Source of the DNA: Acidimicrobiales bacterium
Lineage (GTDB): Bacteria; Actinomycetota; Acidimicrobiia; Acidimicrobiales; Aldehydirespiratoraceae
NCBI GenBank assembly: GCA_029246685.1
Contig: JAQWMR010000013.1
Span: forward strand, 192,181-256,180
DNA length: 64,000 nt
Reading direction: 5' to 3'
Shown: positions 19,219 to 29,149 of the stretch, piece after piece
Layout of the letters: each line of letters opens with the position of its first letter
Position numbering within the stretch: the stretch's first letter is position 1
The notes under the pieces: generated by a model
What the model saw: only the letters and a program-made list of their open reading frames with translations
The model's database searches: none
What the model was told of the DNA's origin: nothing
Position numbers and translations under genes: made by a program

Positions 19219-19878
19219 GTGGCGGGGCCGCTCGACGACCCTGATCTCGTCCTGCGGTTCTGGAAGCCGCATGGCGTGATGACGGCGTTCACCGACCGGG
19301 ACGGTCGCGCCACGCTGGCCGACTTCATCGATGTGCCCGGTGTGTTTGCGGGCGGCCGGCTGGATCGCGACAGCGAGGGTCTCCTGCTCCTGACCCGGGG
19401 AAAGCGCCTGCGTACGGAACTGATGCGTCCGGACATCGGCCATCCCCGCAGCTACCTCGTGCAGGTGGAGGGCATTCCCTCGGACGATGAGCTGTTTCAT
19501 CTCGCCTCGGGAGTCGACCTGAAGGACGGTCGGAGCCGACCTGCGACGGCGGAACGACTCGAGGTGGCGCCCACGCTCCCCGACCGGGATCCGCCGATCC
19601 GGGTGCGAAAGACGGTTCCCGACTCCTGGATCCGCCTCACGCTGACCGAGGGGAAGAACCGACAGGTGCGTCGGATGACGGCGGCAGTCGGTCACCCCAC
19701 CCTGCGGCTTGTGCGTGAGCGGATCGGCGCGGTGACGCTCGACGGCCTCGCCCCCGGTGAGTGGGAGGTGCTCGACCGTACTGAGCGGGGCGAGCTCGAC
19801 GCGACGCTCAGAGCGGCGGCAGGGCCCAGTCAACCGGCGCGCGGCCGGCGTCGGCGAGGGCCTCGTTCGCGCGGCTGA
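19219..19878 (+). CDS. RsuA/RluE-family rRNA pseudouridine synthase
   Basis: Catalytic motif [14 protein letters not shown] and KNRQVRRM. Arg-rich C-terminal tail. Confidence 0.8.
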   Translation: MAGPLDDPDLVLRFWKPHGVMTAFTDRDGRATLADFIDVPGVFAGGRLDRDSEGLLLLTRGKRLRTELMRPDIGHPRSYLVQVEGIPSDDELFHLASGVDLKDGRSRPATAERLEVAPTLPDRDPPIRVRKTVPDSWIRLTLTEGKNRQVRRMTAAVGHPTLRLVRERIGAVTLDGLAPGEWEVLDRTERGELDATLRAAAGPSQPARGRRRRGPRSRG

Positions 19879-20479
19879 ACGGCTTCGTCCCGAAGAATCC
19901 CTTGTGTGCGGACAGCGGCGATGGATGCGGCGACTCGATCACGGCGTGACGGTGACGATCGATGATCGATCGCTTCTTGCGCGCCGCTGCGCCCCAGAGG
20001 ATGAAGACGACGCGTTCTTCCTTGGCGTTCACCGAGTTGATCACTTCTTCCGTGAAGGTCTCCCAACCGCGGCGCTGATGGCTCGCTGCTTCATGAGCGC
20101 GCACCGTGAGCGTGGTGTTCAGCAAGAGCACGCCCTGGCGGGCCCACGCCTCGAGGTTGCCGTGATCCGGGATCGGGACGTCGAGGTCCTCGGCGAGTTC
20201 CTTGTGAATGTTCTGCAGCGAGGGCGGCGTCCGGATGCCGGGACGTACCGAGAAGCAGAGGCCGTGCGCCTGTCCCGGGCCGTGGTAGGGATCCTGGCCG
20301 AGGATGAGCACCTTCACGTCGGCGAGTGGCGTCAGGTGGAGCGCAGCGAAGACGTCGTCGTGAGGCGGAAACACCTCGTGGGCTTGGCGCTCCTCGTGGA
20401 CGAACGCCATCAGCGAGTGCCAATACGGCTTCGCGAATTCTCCTCGGAGAACCGGGTTCCAGTCGGTTGTCGACGCCAC
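19808..20479 (-). CDS. ung: Uracil-DNA glycosylase (family 1)
   Basis: [24 protein letters not shown] water-activating loop and HPSPLSA motif. 223 aa. Confidence 0.9.
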   Translation of the reverse strand: MASTTDWNPVLRGEFAKPYWHSLMAFVHEERQAHEVFPPHDDVFAALHLTPLADVKVLILGQDPYHGPGQAHGLCFSVRPGIRTPPSLQNIHKELAEDLDVPIPDHGNLEAWARQGVLLLNTTLTVRAHEAASHQRRGWETFTEEVINSVNAKEERVVFILWGAAARKKRSIIDRHRHAVIESPHPSPLSAHKGFFGTKPFSRANEALADAGRAPVDWALPPL

Positions 20480-20542
20480 GTCGCGACCCTACGTCGGTGC
20501 CGTCGTCTTGGCAGCGGTGGCTGTTCTGGGCGACGATGCCGT

Positions 20543-21490
20543 ATGCACGAACCGCGCTACGACTGGACGATCGACGAGGTCCTGGCCGTCATCGAACGGC
20601 CCTTCCACGACCTGTTGGCCGACGCCCATGGGTGCCATGTCGAGCGCTTCCGCGCGCACGAGATCGAGGCAGCCAAGCTCCTGTCGATCAAGACAGGTGG
20701 CTGCCCAGAGGATTGCGCCTACTGCCCCCAGTCGGCGCACCACGACAACGGCCTCAAGGCCGAGCCGCTGATGAAGACCGCAGAGATCCTCGAAGCCGCC
20801 AAGGAGGCGAAGGCCGAGGGCGCGACCCGCTTCTGCATGGGCGCCGCCTGGCGTGAGCCGAGCGACAAGCAGCTCGACCAGGTTGCCGAGTCCGTCTCCG
20901 CGGTCGCTGAGCTGGGCATGGAGACGTGCGTGACGCTCGGAATGCTCACCGACGACCAAGCGGGGCGCCTCGCCAACGCCGGGCTCGACTTCTACAACCA
21001 CAATCTCGACACGGCGCCGGACTTCTACGGCGAGATCATCACCACCCGTACCTACCAGGAGCGCATCGACACGCTCGGCGCGTGCCGCGACGCCGGCATC
21101 GCGCTGTGCACCGGCGGCATCGTCGGCATGGGCGAGACCCGCCGACAGCGAGCGAGCCTGCTCACGCAGCTTGCTCAGCTCGACCCGCATCCCGAGAGCG
21201 TGCCGATCAACCTGCTGATCCAGGTCGAGGGCACGCCGATGAACGGTCTGCCCGAGTTCCCACCGCTCGAACTCGTCCGCACCATCGCGGCCGCTCGCCT
21301 GGTGATGCCGACCTCCGTCGTGCGGCTCTCTGCCGGCCGGGCGTCGATGTCCGAGGAGCTCCACGCCCTGTGTCTCCACGCAGGCGCGAGCAGCATTTTC
21401 CTCGGTGAGCGACTGTTGACGGCCGACAACGCCGGCGAGGATGCCGATCAGGCGATCCTCGAACAGCTCGACACCGCGCTGAAGGTCTAG
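20543..21490 (+). CDS. bioB: Biotin synthase
   Basis: ORF 19757..21490 trimmed to ATG 20543 (MHEPRYDW). Radical-SAM motif [12 protein letters not shown] and BioB-like downstream sequence. Confidence 0.9.
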   Translation: MHEPRYDWTIDEVLAVIERPFHDLLADAHGCHVERFRAHEIEAAKLLSIKTGGCPEDCAYCPQSAHHDNGLKAEPLMKTAEILEAAKEAKAEGATRFCMGAAWREPSDKQLDQVAESVSAVAELGMETCVTLGMLTDDQAGRLANAGLDFYNHNLDTAPDFYGEIITTRTYQERIDTLGACRDAGIALCTGGIVGMGETRRQRASLLTQLAQLDPHPESVPINLLIQVEGTPMNGLPEFPPLELVRTIAAARLVMPTSVVRLSAGRASMSEELHALCLHAGASSIFLGERLLTADNAGEDADQAILEQLDTALKV

Positions 21491-22467
21491 ACCGGGCGGG
21501 TACCCACCACGCTGGCCCGCTCCATGATCCGGATGTCGGGGTAGTAGTCGCTGGCGGCGTAGTGCTGCACGGCCGCGTTGTCCCAGAAAACGATCGTGTC
21601 GGGCTCCCAGTTCAGTCGGAACTGGTATTCGAGCACGGCGGGCTGGCTGATCAGCTCGGTGATGAGAGCACGGCTCTCCTCGTCCTCCATGCCCTCGATG
21701 TGGGAGGTGAAGTAGCCGTTGACGTAGAGCAGCTTGCGGCCCGTGACCGGGTGAGTCCGGACGACCGGGTGGCGAACAAGCGGGTACTTCTCCCGCATCT
21801 CCGCTTTCTTGTCCTCCGGCACCTGGTGGGCGAAAGCAAGCATGTAGTCGTGGATGGCGTGGAGACCGTCGATGCGTTCCTTTATTTCGTCGCTCAGGCC
21901 CTCGTACACAGCGTTCATGTCGGCGAACAAGGTGTCGCCGCCGGTCGGTGGGACCTGGATCGCATGGAGGATGGCGCCCATCGATGGCACCTCTCGCCAG
22001 GTGACGTCGTGGTGCCAGCCGTTCTCGAAGCCGCCCGTGTCGGCGCCCTTCTCGAAACGAACGAGCTCGGGGTGCTCTGCGTTGCCGGTGATGAACGGAT
22101 GGATCTCGAGGTCACCGAATCGCTTGGCGAACGCGACGTGCTGACCTGAGGTGACCGGCTGGTTGCGGAAGTAGACGACCTTGTAGTCGGCGAGCGCTCG
22201 GGCGATGTCCTCGACTTCGCCGTCGCTCAGGTCGCCGGTGAGATCGACCCCATCGATCGCGGCGCCGAGCGTGGCGCCGCGCGGCGTGACGGTGATGTGG
22301 TCGTACTGCGGGTCGGCGAGTCGCTGGCGCTCGTCCGCCAGGTGCAGCCACGGTCCGAGCGTCAGCCCGAAGCGTTCGATCACAACCCGGCCGGGGGTGA
22401 CATTGCCCGCAGGGTCGCTCGTACCGGCGGCGACAGTGTCGTCAGCCTTGGGTTCGGTCGTGGTCAT
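21487..22467 (-). CDS. TauD/TfdA-family Fe(II)/2-oxoglutarate dioxygenase (taurine-dioxygenase-like)
   Basis: ORF trimmed to ATG 22467 (MTTTEPK), which is preceded by [11 protein letters not shown] (HxD), FADM and VVRTHPVTG segments are typical of TauD. ATGA overlap with the upstream TetR gene. Confidence 0.85.
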   Translation of the reverse strand: MTTTEPKADDTVAAGTSDPAGNVTPGRVVIERFGLTLGPWLHLADERQRLADPQYDHITVTPRGATLGAAIDGVDLTGDLSDGEVEDIARALADYKVVYFRNQPVTSGQHVAFAKRFGDLEIHPFITGNAEHPELVRFEKGADTGGFENGWHHDVTWREVPSMGAILHAIQVPPTGGDTLFADMNAVYEGLSDEIKERIDGLHAIHDYMLAFAHQVPEDKKAEMREKYPLVRHPVVRTHPVTGRKLLYVNGYFTSHIEGMEDEESRALITELISQPAVLEYQFRLNWEPDTIVFWDNAAVQHYAASDYYPDIRIMERASVVGTRPV

Positions 22468-23126
22468 CGGGTCTCCTCGGAGGTCGGGGCCCCGTCGCGC
22501 AGTCCTGCGACGACGAGGTGGGTGGTGTGATCGAACAGGGCATCGCCATCCACTGAAGTGAACGACGACAGGTTGCGGGCAAAGACCGGGTGGGTCGACT
22601 CGTCGACAGTGCCGAACGTGCCCTGGAGGCCACCCGGAGAATCTGCCGGGAAGTGATCGAAGCTGTGGTGGACGAGCGTGAAACCGACCGTGTGCCAGAA
22701 CAGCGAACGGAACGCGAGAACGGCGCCCTCGCCTCGGAAGCCGATCTCTTCCATCAGCGTGAGGCCTTGCTCCACGGATTGCAGCAGTGCGGCCGAGAGC
22801 CGGTCGGCGGTGGCGTAGAGGCCCAAGAGGTTTCGGTCTGCGAGAAGGTGCGACCGCAGGACGGTGCACAGCGCGACCGCCCGGTCCTCCCACGGGCCTT
22901 CAGGCAGGTCGGGGAGCTCGACATCTCGCAAGCCGCGCCGAGCGACGGCGTCGAGCAGCGCGTCTTTGCTGTCGAACCGCAGGTAGACGGTCATCGGGTT
23001 CACATCGAGCGCGGCAGCGAGCTTGCGCATCGAGAACCAGGCGAGCCCGTGCTCCGAGATGAGCGTGTGCGCGACATCGACGATCTGGTCGGGTTGCAGT
23101 CCGGACGGACGAGTCGTGGTCGGCAC
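22464..23126 (-). CDS. TetR-family transcriptional regulator
   Basis: N-terminal HTH IVDVAHTLISEHGLAWFSMRKLAAALDVNPMTVYLRF. Confidence 0.85.
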   Translation of the reverse strand: MPTTTRPSGLQPDQIVDVAHTLISEHGLAWFSMRKLAAALDVNPMTVYLRFDSKDALLDAVARRGLRDVELPDLPEGPWEDRAVALCTVLRSHLLADRNLLGLYATADRLSAALLQSVEQGLTLMEEIGFRGEGAVLAFRSLFWHTVGFTLVHHSFDHFPADSPGGLQGTFGTVDESTHPVFARNLSSFTSVDGDALFDHTTHLVVAGLRDGAPTSEETR

Positions 23127-23134
23127 TAGAGTGA

Positions 23135-23149
23135 ATATACGGCGTATAT
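23135..23149. promoter_or_regulatory. Candidate TetR operator
   Basis: ATATAC-GGC-GTATAT palindrome (6-bp arms) 9 nt upstream of the TetR GTG start, inside an AT-rich stretch. Confidence 0.4.
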
Positions 23150-23202
23150 CGACGTTCGTCCACCCGGGCGAGCAGGGTTGGCGCTATTAACTTGCCTAAA
23201 AT

Positions 23203-23489
23203 GTGGTTCAGGTAAGTGAATCTGGCCGACGTCTGCAGGCGACGGGGCTGACAAAGGCGTATGGCGAAGTCGTCGCGCTTCGTGGCGTGGATCTGGAGGT
23301 CTCCGCCGGCGGCAAGCATGGTGGCCTTGCTCGGCCGCGGCCAGCCGCATCGGCATCGCTCCCCAGGACACCGGTATCTACCGGGTGCTGACCGTCCGGG
23401 AGAACCTCGAGTTCTTCGGAGAGATCGCCGGGATGGGGCGCGCGGAGCGCCGCTCCCGCGCGGATGAGACGAAGGAGTTCTTCGCCTAG
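23203..23489 (+). pseudogene. Remnant of an ABC-transporter ATP-binding gene (internally deleted, frameshifted, 3'-truncated)
   Basis: Frame a reads LQATGLTKAYGEVVALRGVDLEVSAGG. Frame b reads MVALLG. Frame c reads IGIAPQDTGIYRVLTVRENLEFFGEIAGMGRAERRSRADE, then a stop. The Walker A motif and everything after the Q-loop region are missing. Confidence 0.7.
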
Positions 23490-23506
23490 TCCGGAGCGGT
23501 CCCCAG

Positions 23507-24073
23507 GTGCCGCCTACCAGGGTGCGAGAGTGGTCCGTGAGCGACATCACCGAGACCGCGAACCAGTGGCTGACGAATGAGGACCTCGAGACCGTTCGCG
23601 GCCGGGTCCCGATGGTCTATGTCGACGCCGTGCCGGTTCGAGTCGACGCGTTGGGTGAGGTCACCCACGTCGGTCTGCTGCTCCGGGCCATGGCGGACGG
23701 CACGGTCAGTCGCGCGCTCGTCACCGGACGCATTCTCTTCGGCGAGCGAATCCGGTCCGCGCTCATGCGTCACCTCGAGAAGGATCTCGGCCCTATGGCG
23801 TTGCCGCGGATCCCCGCCAACCCCACACCGTTCACCGTCGCCGAGTACTTCCCGGACCCGACGGTTTCCGGCTATCATGATCCTCGCCAGCACGCGGTCA
23901 GCTTGGCGTACGTGGTGCCGATTGCCGGTGACGTCGAGCCGTCCGAAGACGCGCTGGACCTCGCTTGGGTGACCCCGGAGGAAGCCAACAGCGACGAGGT
24001 GCGTCGGGAGATGACCGGCGGCCACGATCGGTTGCTCCGGCTCGCGCTCGCCCACGTTTGTCAGCTCCCGTAG
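23507..24073 (+). CDS. NUDIX-fold-like protein (DUF4916-like)
   Basis: VPMVYVDAVPVRVD, VGLLLRA, TGRILFGE and DPRQHAVSLAYVVP resemble the actinobacterial DUF4916 family. The start is uncertain (GTG 23507 or GTG 23537). Confidence 0.5.
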   Translation: MPPTRVREWSVSDITETANQWLTNEDLETVRGRVPMVYVDAVPVRVDALGEVTHVGLLLRAMADGTVSRALVTGRILFGERIRSALMRHLEKDLGPMALPRIPANPTPFTVAEYFPDPTVSGYHDPRQHAVSLAYVVPIAGDVEPSEDALDLAWVTPEEANSDEVRREMTGGHDRLLRLALAHVCQLP

Positions 24074-24108
24074 AGGGAAACCGTCCGAGCATCGGCGAGA
24101 CTGTCCGC

Positions 24109-25326
24109 ATGGAGCGCCGCGATGTTGTCGTGATCGGAGCCGGCCCAGCCGGGGCCGCCGCGGCGATACGCGCCGCTCGCGGTGGCGCGACCGTCCGAGT
24201 GTTCGAGAAGGCCGGCCAGGGTCGCGACAAGGTCTGCGGCGACGGCCTCACGCCGAGAGCCGTTCACGCACTCAACGAACTCGACATCGACATGTCCGGC
24301 TCGCACCGCATCGACGGTCTGCGGATGATCGCCAACAACACTCGACGAGAGCTCCCCTGGCCCACGACCGGCCGGTTCGCCGACTATGGCGCGGTCTGGC
24401 CACGGCGCCATTTGGACGCGCACCTCGTCAAGGCCGCGATCGAAGCCGGCGCTGAGATCGAGTGGAACACCGAGGCCACTCCCCTGCTCGACGGCGATCG
24501 GGTGACAGGGGTCGAGGCTGGCGGTAAGAAGTGGGCTGCCGGCCTGACGATCGTCGCCACCGGCGCGCCTGGCAACGTCGCCCGTCTTCTCGGAGCCCAG
24601 CGCGTGGAGAACGAGCCGTTCGGTCTCGCGATCCGGACCTACGCGGAGACCCCGCGCCATGCCGACCGTCATCTGGAGGCGTGCCTCACGCTGTGCGACG
24701 AGCACGGCACCCCCGTGCCCGGCTACGGCTGGATGTTCCCGGCGGGCGATGGCACGGTCAATATCGGTGTTGGCGCGCTGTCCACCATGAAGGGTTTCAA
24801 GAAGCTCAACCTCAACACCCTGCTCGACACGTACCGCGACTTCGTCAACGACGAATGGGACCTCGGCGAGAACCTGGAGCGACCCCGCGCCTGGCGTCTG
24901 CCCATGAGCGTCCAGAAGCGCCACGGCCCCGGCTGGGTGGCGATCGGTGATGCGGCCGGGCTCATCAACCCGATGAACGGCGAAGGCATCGACTACGGGC
25001 TCGAATCCGGAATGCTCGCCGCGGAGCTGTTCCTGACTGAGCCCGCGACTGCACCGGCGGAGTACGACCGGCTGGTCGGCGAACGGTTCGACGCATTCCT
25101 ACGGACCGGACGACGGTTCAGCTTCCTGATCGGCCATCCGTGGATTCTGCGTAGCGGGCTGAGGCTTGCGGTCGGCACACAGTCCATCGCCAACATGACG
25201 CTTCAGGTGATGGGAAACCTCGTCGACACCGACACTCCTGGCGCTGCCGGCCGGGTGCTTCGCGTCGCTGACCGCACGCTCGCGCTGGCCGATCCGATAC
25301 TGCGCCGCACCCGGGCCGCCGCCTGA
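24109..25326 (+). CDS. Geranylgeranyl-reductase-family flavoprotein (MenJ-like candidate)
   Basis: ORF trimmed to ATG 24109. DVVVIGAGPAGAAAA FAD motif, KVCGDGLTPRA and IGDAAGLINPMNGEGI. Confidence 0.85.
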   Translation: MERRDVVVIGAGPAGAAAAIRAARGGATVRVFEKAGQGRDKVCGDGLTPRAVHALNELDIDMSGSHRIDGLRMIANNTRRELPWPTTGRFADYGAVWPRRHLDAHLVKAAIEAGAEIEWNTEATPLLDGDRVTGVEAGGKKWAAGLTIVATGAPGNVARLLGAQRVENEPFGLAIRTYAETPRHADRHLEACLTLCDEHGTPVPGYGWMFPAGDGTVNIGVGALSTMKGFKKLNLNTLLDTYRDFVNDEWDLGENLERPRAWRLPMSVQKRHGPGWVAIGDAAGLINPMNGEGIDYGLESGMLAAELFLTEPATAPAEYDRLVGERFDAFLRTGRRFSFLIGHPWILRSGLRLAVGTQSIANMTLQVMGNLVDTDTPGAAGRVLRVADRTLALADPILRRTRAAA

Positions 25327-25332
25327 CCGGCG

Positions 25333-25737
25333 TCAGCCTTCGAGCGCGGCGGTCAGCTCATCCAGAGACCGGACGATCCGTTCGACCGAGCATTCGATCA
25401 TGAGATTGACGACCTCGTCGTCGAACCGGCGCCGCCAGTCGGTGTGAAGCCCGATGACGCGTGTGCCCGTCCCGGTGGCGTAGCCGATCTCCCAGGCGGT
25501 CCCGTCGTCGGTGGTCACCCCATTGAGGCTCGCGACCACGAGGTCGCATCGGTCGATCGCTGCGACGTCGCTGTCGTAGATCGCCCGGATGTTGTCCGCG
25601 GTCTTGGGCGGGTTGTCGCGGTGCGGTAGGAACGTGTCGTACCCGGCCGCGACGACAGTTGCGTCGACCTCTTCGATCCACCACCGCTCCCCCTCGTCGA
25701 ACAGCGGCCCGGCAACGTAGACGAGACCTCTGGTCAT
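25333..25737 (-). CDS. Nucleoside 2-deoxyribosyltransferase-like protein
   Basis: ORF trimmed to ATG 25737. VYVAGPLF ... DDGTAWEIGYATGTG ... NLMI pattern of the NDT family. Confidence 0.75.
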   Translation of the reverse strand: MTRGLVYVAGPLFDEGERWWIEEVDATVVAAGYDTFLPHRDNPPKTADNIRAIYDSDVAAIDRCDLVVASLNGVTTDDGTAWEIGYATGTGTRVIGLHTDWRRRFDDEVVNLMIECSVERIVRSLDELTAALEG

Positions 25738-26096
25738 GTCTTCGCTCTCTCTTCGTCCGGAAGGCTGTCGGCTTGGCGTCCGTCCGTGATCTCGATCTGG
25801 CGGACGTCCTTCACGAGCCAACACTTCGTCGGCGTGTTGTCGAGCTCCAGTCGGCCGTCGTCGGAGATCATGGCGTGACGGAGGACGTCGAGCGGGATGG
25901 AAGCCAGGAACAGGCCATCGCCGGAGTGGACCGTCCCGTGATCGCCGCCCGGGCGGGCGTCGCCGAGCAACGTTGCGAGCGGACCCGAGCGGCGGCCGAC
26001 AGTGATCTCGTTGGTCACGAGGCCGGAGATGGTGATCGTGTCGGGGTCTCCCGCAGTGCGTATGCGCGGGGAAGAATCTGTTGTCATGGCCCGCAT
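25734..26096 (-). CDS. Hypothetical small protein (weak resemblance to oxidoreductase molybdopterin-binding fold)
   Basis: 120 aa, ATGA-coupled to the NDT-like gene. TITISGLV...ITV and CWLVKDVRQIEI are reminiscent of sulfite-oxidase-fold domains. The call is weak. Confidence 0.35.
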   Translation of the reverse strand: MRAMTTDSSPRIRTAGDPDTITISGLVTNEITVGRRSGPLATLLGDARPGGDHGTVHSGDGLFLASIPLDVLRHAMISDDGRLELDNTPTKCWLVKDVRQIEITDGRQADSLPDEERAKT

Positions 26097-26132
26097 TCTT
26101 CCTCATCGCGTCTCGCTCGGTAGATTGGGGCC

Positions 26133-27365
26133 ATGACTGACATCGATGTCACCCCGGCGGAGGAACACCTCCCGCTGATGATCTCCGTTGACGACCACGT
26201 GATGGAGCCCAAGGATCTCTGGCAACAGCAGCTGCCGCCGAGCAAGCGCGACAAGGGTCCCCGTGTCGTTCAGGAGAAGATCCGCCTGAAGTTCGAAGGT
26301 GGCCACTACGGCTTCGAGCGCAACGACCCGGATGGGCAGATGTGCGACGTGTGGCTCTACGAGGACCTCGTCGTGCCGACCGGCTTCCTCCACGGACCCG
26401 CCGGCGTGCCCCGCGAGGAGCAGCGCAACGTCGCGGCGCTCTACGAGGATCTTCGGCCCGGCACGTACGAGCAGACCGCTCGCCTGGCCGACATGACCCT
26501 CAACCACGTCGAGGCCGCGATCAACTATCCGAACATCTTCCCCCGCTTCTGCGGCCAGGGATTCCTCGAACGTGAGGACAAGGAATTCGCGCTCGAGTGC
26601 CTCCAGATCTACAACGACTGGATCATCGACGACTGGGGCGGCGGCGCCGGCAAGGGCCGCCTGATCCCGCTCACCCTCGTCCCCCTATGGGACCCCTCGC
26701 TCGCGGCGGAGGAGGTCCGTCGCTGCGCGGACAAAGGTTCGTATGCGATCGCCTTCTCGGAGAACCCGTCGAAGCTCGGCTGCGCCACGATGTACAGCGG
26801 CGAGTGGGACGTGCTCTGGCAGGCTTGCGAAGAGGCCGATGTCACGGTGTCGATGCACATCGGATCGTCGTCATCCATGCCGTCCACCTCGCCGGATGCG
26901 CCACTCGCGACATCCATGTCGCTCTACGCGCAGAATGCCGAGGGTTCGTTCGTCGACTGGGTCTTCTCCGGCACACTGACGCGCTTCCCGAAGATCAAGA
27001 TCGCCTACGCCGAGAGCCAGGTCGGGTGGATGCCATTCCAGATGGAACGCATGGACTCGGTCTTCCGGGAGGGACGCGGCGGTGTCGGCGGATCCGGTCC
27101 GCTTCCGAGCGAGATCGCCAAGGGCCGGATCTTCGGCTGCATCTTCGATGACCTCGTTGGCCTCAAGCAGCGTGAAGACGTCGGGCTCGAGCAGATCCTC
27201 TTCGAGACGGACTACCCGCACTCGGACGGCACGTTCCCGCACTCACGCAAGGTCGCTCACTCAATGTTCGCCGCCGTTGGCATGAACGCCGAGGAGTGCC
27301 GCAAGGTGTTGCGCGGGAACGCGATCGAGGCGTACGGCCTGCATCGGTTCGGCATCACGGAGTAG
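26133..27365 (+). CDS. Amidohydrolase_2-family metal-dependent hydrolase/decarboxylase (paralog A)
   Basis: ISVDDHVMEP near the N-terminus and FETDYPHSDGTFP near the C-terminus. Paralog of 42773..43969. Confidence 0.8.
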   Translation: MTDIDVTPAEEHLPLMISVDDHVMEPKDLWQQQLPPSKRDKGPRVVQEKIRLKFEGGHYGFERNDPDGQMCDVWLYEDLVVPTGFLHGPAGVPREEQRNVAALYEDLRPGTYEQTARLADMTLNHVEAAINYPNIFPRFCGQGFLEREDKEFALECLQIYNDWIIDDWGGGAGKGRLIPLTLVPLWDPSLAAEEVRRCADKGSYAIAFSENPSKLGCATMYSGEWDVLWQACEEADVTVSMHIGSSSSMPSTSPDAPLATSMSLYAQNAEGSFVDWVFSGTLTRFPKIKIAYAESQVGWMPFQMERMDSVFREGRGGVGGSGPLPSEIAKGRIFGCIFDDLVGLKQREDVGLEQILFETDYPHSDGTFPHSRKVAHSMFAAVGMNAEECRKVLRGNAIEAYGLHRFGITE

Positions 27366-27384
27366 TTGCGCGCAGATGCGCAGA

Positions 27385-27404
27385 CCGGGGTCCGTCGACC
27401 CCGG
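27385..27404. terminator. Hairpin between convergent genes
   Basis: CCGGGGTC-cgtc-GACCCCGG: an 8-bp GC-rich stem with a 4-nt loop, between the amidohydrolase stop and the ald stop. No clear U-tract. Confidence 0.45.
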
Positions 27405-27422
27405 CCGGCACCTGCAGGGAAC

Positions 27423-28550
<1,128 letters not shown>

Positions 28551-28610
28551 GTTCACCTCCGCGTGACCTTTGTCGCACCGTACGGGATCTGACGCGCCAG
28601 ACGGCTGCGT

Positions 28611-28625
28611 GTTTGGTGTCCAAAC
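28611..28625. promoter_or_regulatory. Candidate Lrp/AsnC operator in the ald-lrp divergent region
   Basis: GTTTGG-tgt-CCAAAC palindrome, centred between the two divergent starts. Confidence 0.35.
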
Positions 28626-28678
28626 GCTCGGGTAGCGCAATAACCTGTCGCCAGAGGAACCACAGACCGGAGAATCGT

Positions 28679-29146
28679 GTGCTTATCGACCTAGACGCCA
28701 CAGATCGCAACCTTCTGCGCCTTCTTCAGGCCGACGCGCGCATGACCAATGCCGCGCTCGCAGAGGAAGTGCACCTGTCCCCGAGCGCTTGCCTTCGACG
28801 GGTGCGGCGGCTCGAGGAGTCCGGCGTAGTCACCGGATACGTGGCGGTCCTCGACCGTACGATGATCGGTCGAGGCACGTCCGTGTTCGTCGAGATTACC
28901 CTCTCGAGCCAGCAGGAGGACCTGCTCGACGAGTTCGAGACGGCGGTGCGCGACGTGCCGGAGGTGCTGAGTTGCCACCTGATGGCCGGCAACAGCGACT
29001 ATCTCGTCCACGTCGCGGCAGACGACGTCGCCGACTACGAACGCATCCACCGGACCTACCTTGCTCTGCTGCCTCATGTCGCTCAGCTGCGATCGAGCTT
29101 CGCTCTGCGGACCGTCTGCGATCGCAAGGCCCACGAGCTGGGCTGA
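28679..29146 (+). CDS. Lrp/AsnC-family transcriptional regulator (AldR-like position)
   Basis: ORF trimmed to GTG 28679. LDATDRNLLRLLQADARMTNAALAEEVHLSPSACLRRVRRLEESGV HTH plus a RAM-like C-terminus. Divergent from ald. Confidence 0.85.
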   Translation: MLIDLDATDRNLLRLLQADARMTNAALAEEVHLSPSACLRRVRRLEESGVVTGYVAVLDRTMIGRGTSVFVEITLSSQQEDLLDEFETAVRDVPEVLSCHLMAGNSDYLVHVAADDVADYERIHRTYLALLPHVAQLRSSFALRTVCDRKAHELG

Positions 29147-29149
29147 GGC

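Noticed and set aside
18286-19833. 515-aa minus-strand ORF opposite menB and the pseudouridine synthase gene
   Set aside because: It spans two well-supported plus-strand genes and their junction. Its composition is low-complexity and Arg/Gly/His-rich, so it is a shadow ORF.
19757-20542. N-terminal 262-codon extension of the bioB ORF; similar long extensions occur at 463..2322, 4922..5818, 21487..22893, 25333..26106, 29150..29983, 34912..36213, 49401..51212 and 54686..56146
   Set aside because: The extensions overlap neighbouring genes on the other strand or in the same operon. They are Arg/Pro/Gly-rich and precede an internal start that matches the family N-terminus, often with an SD sequence or a 4-nt overlap. 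I trimmed them.
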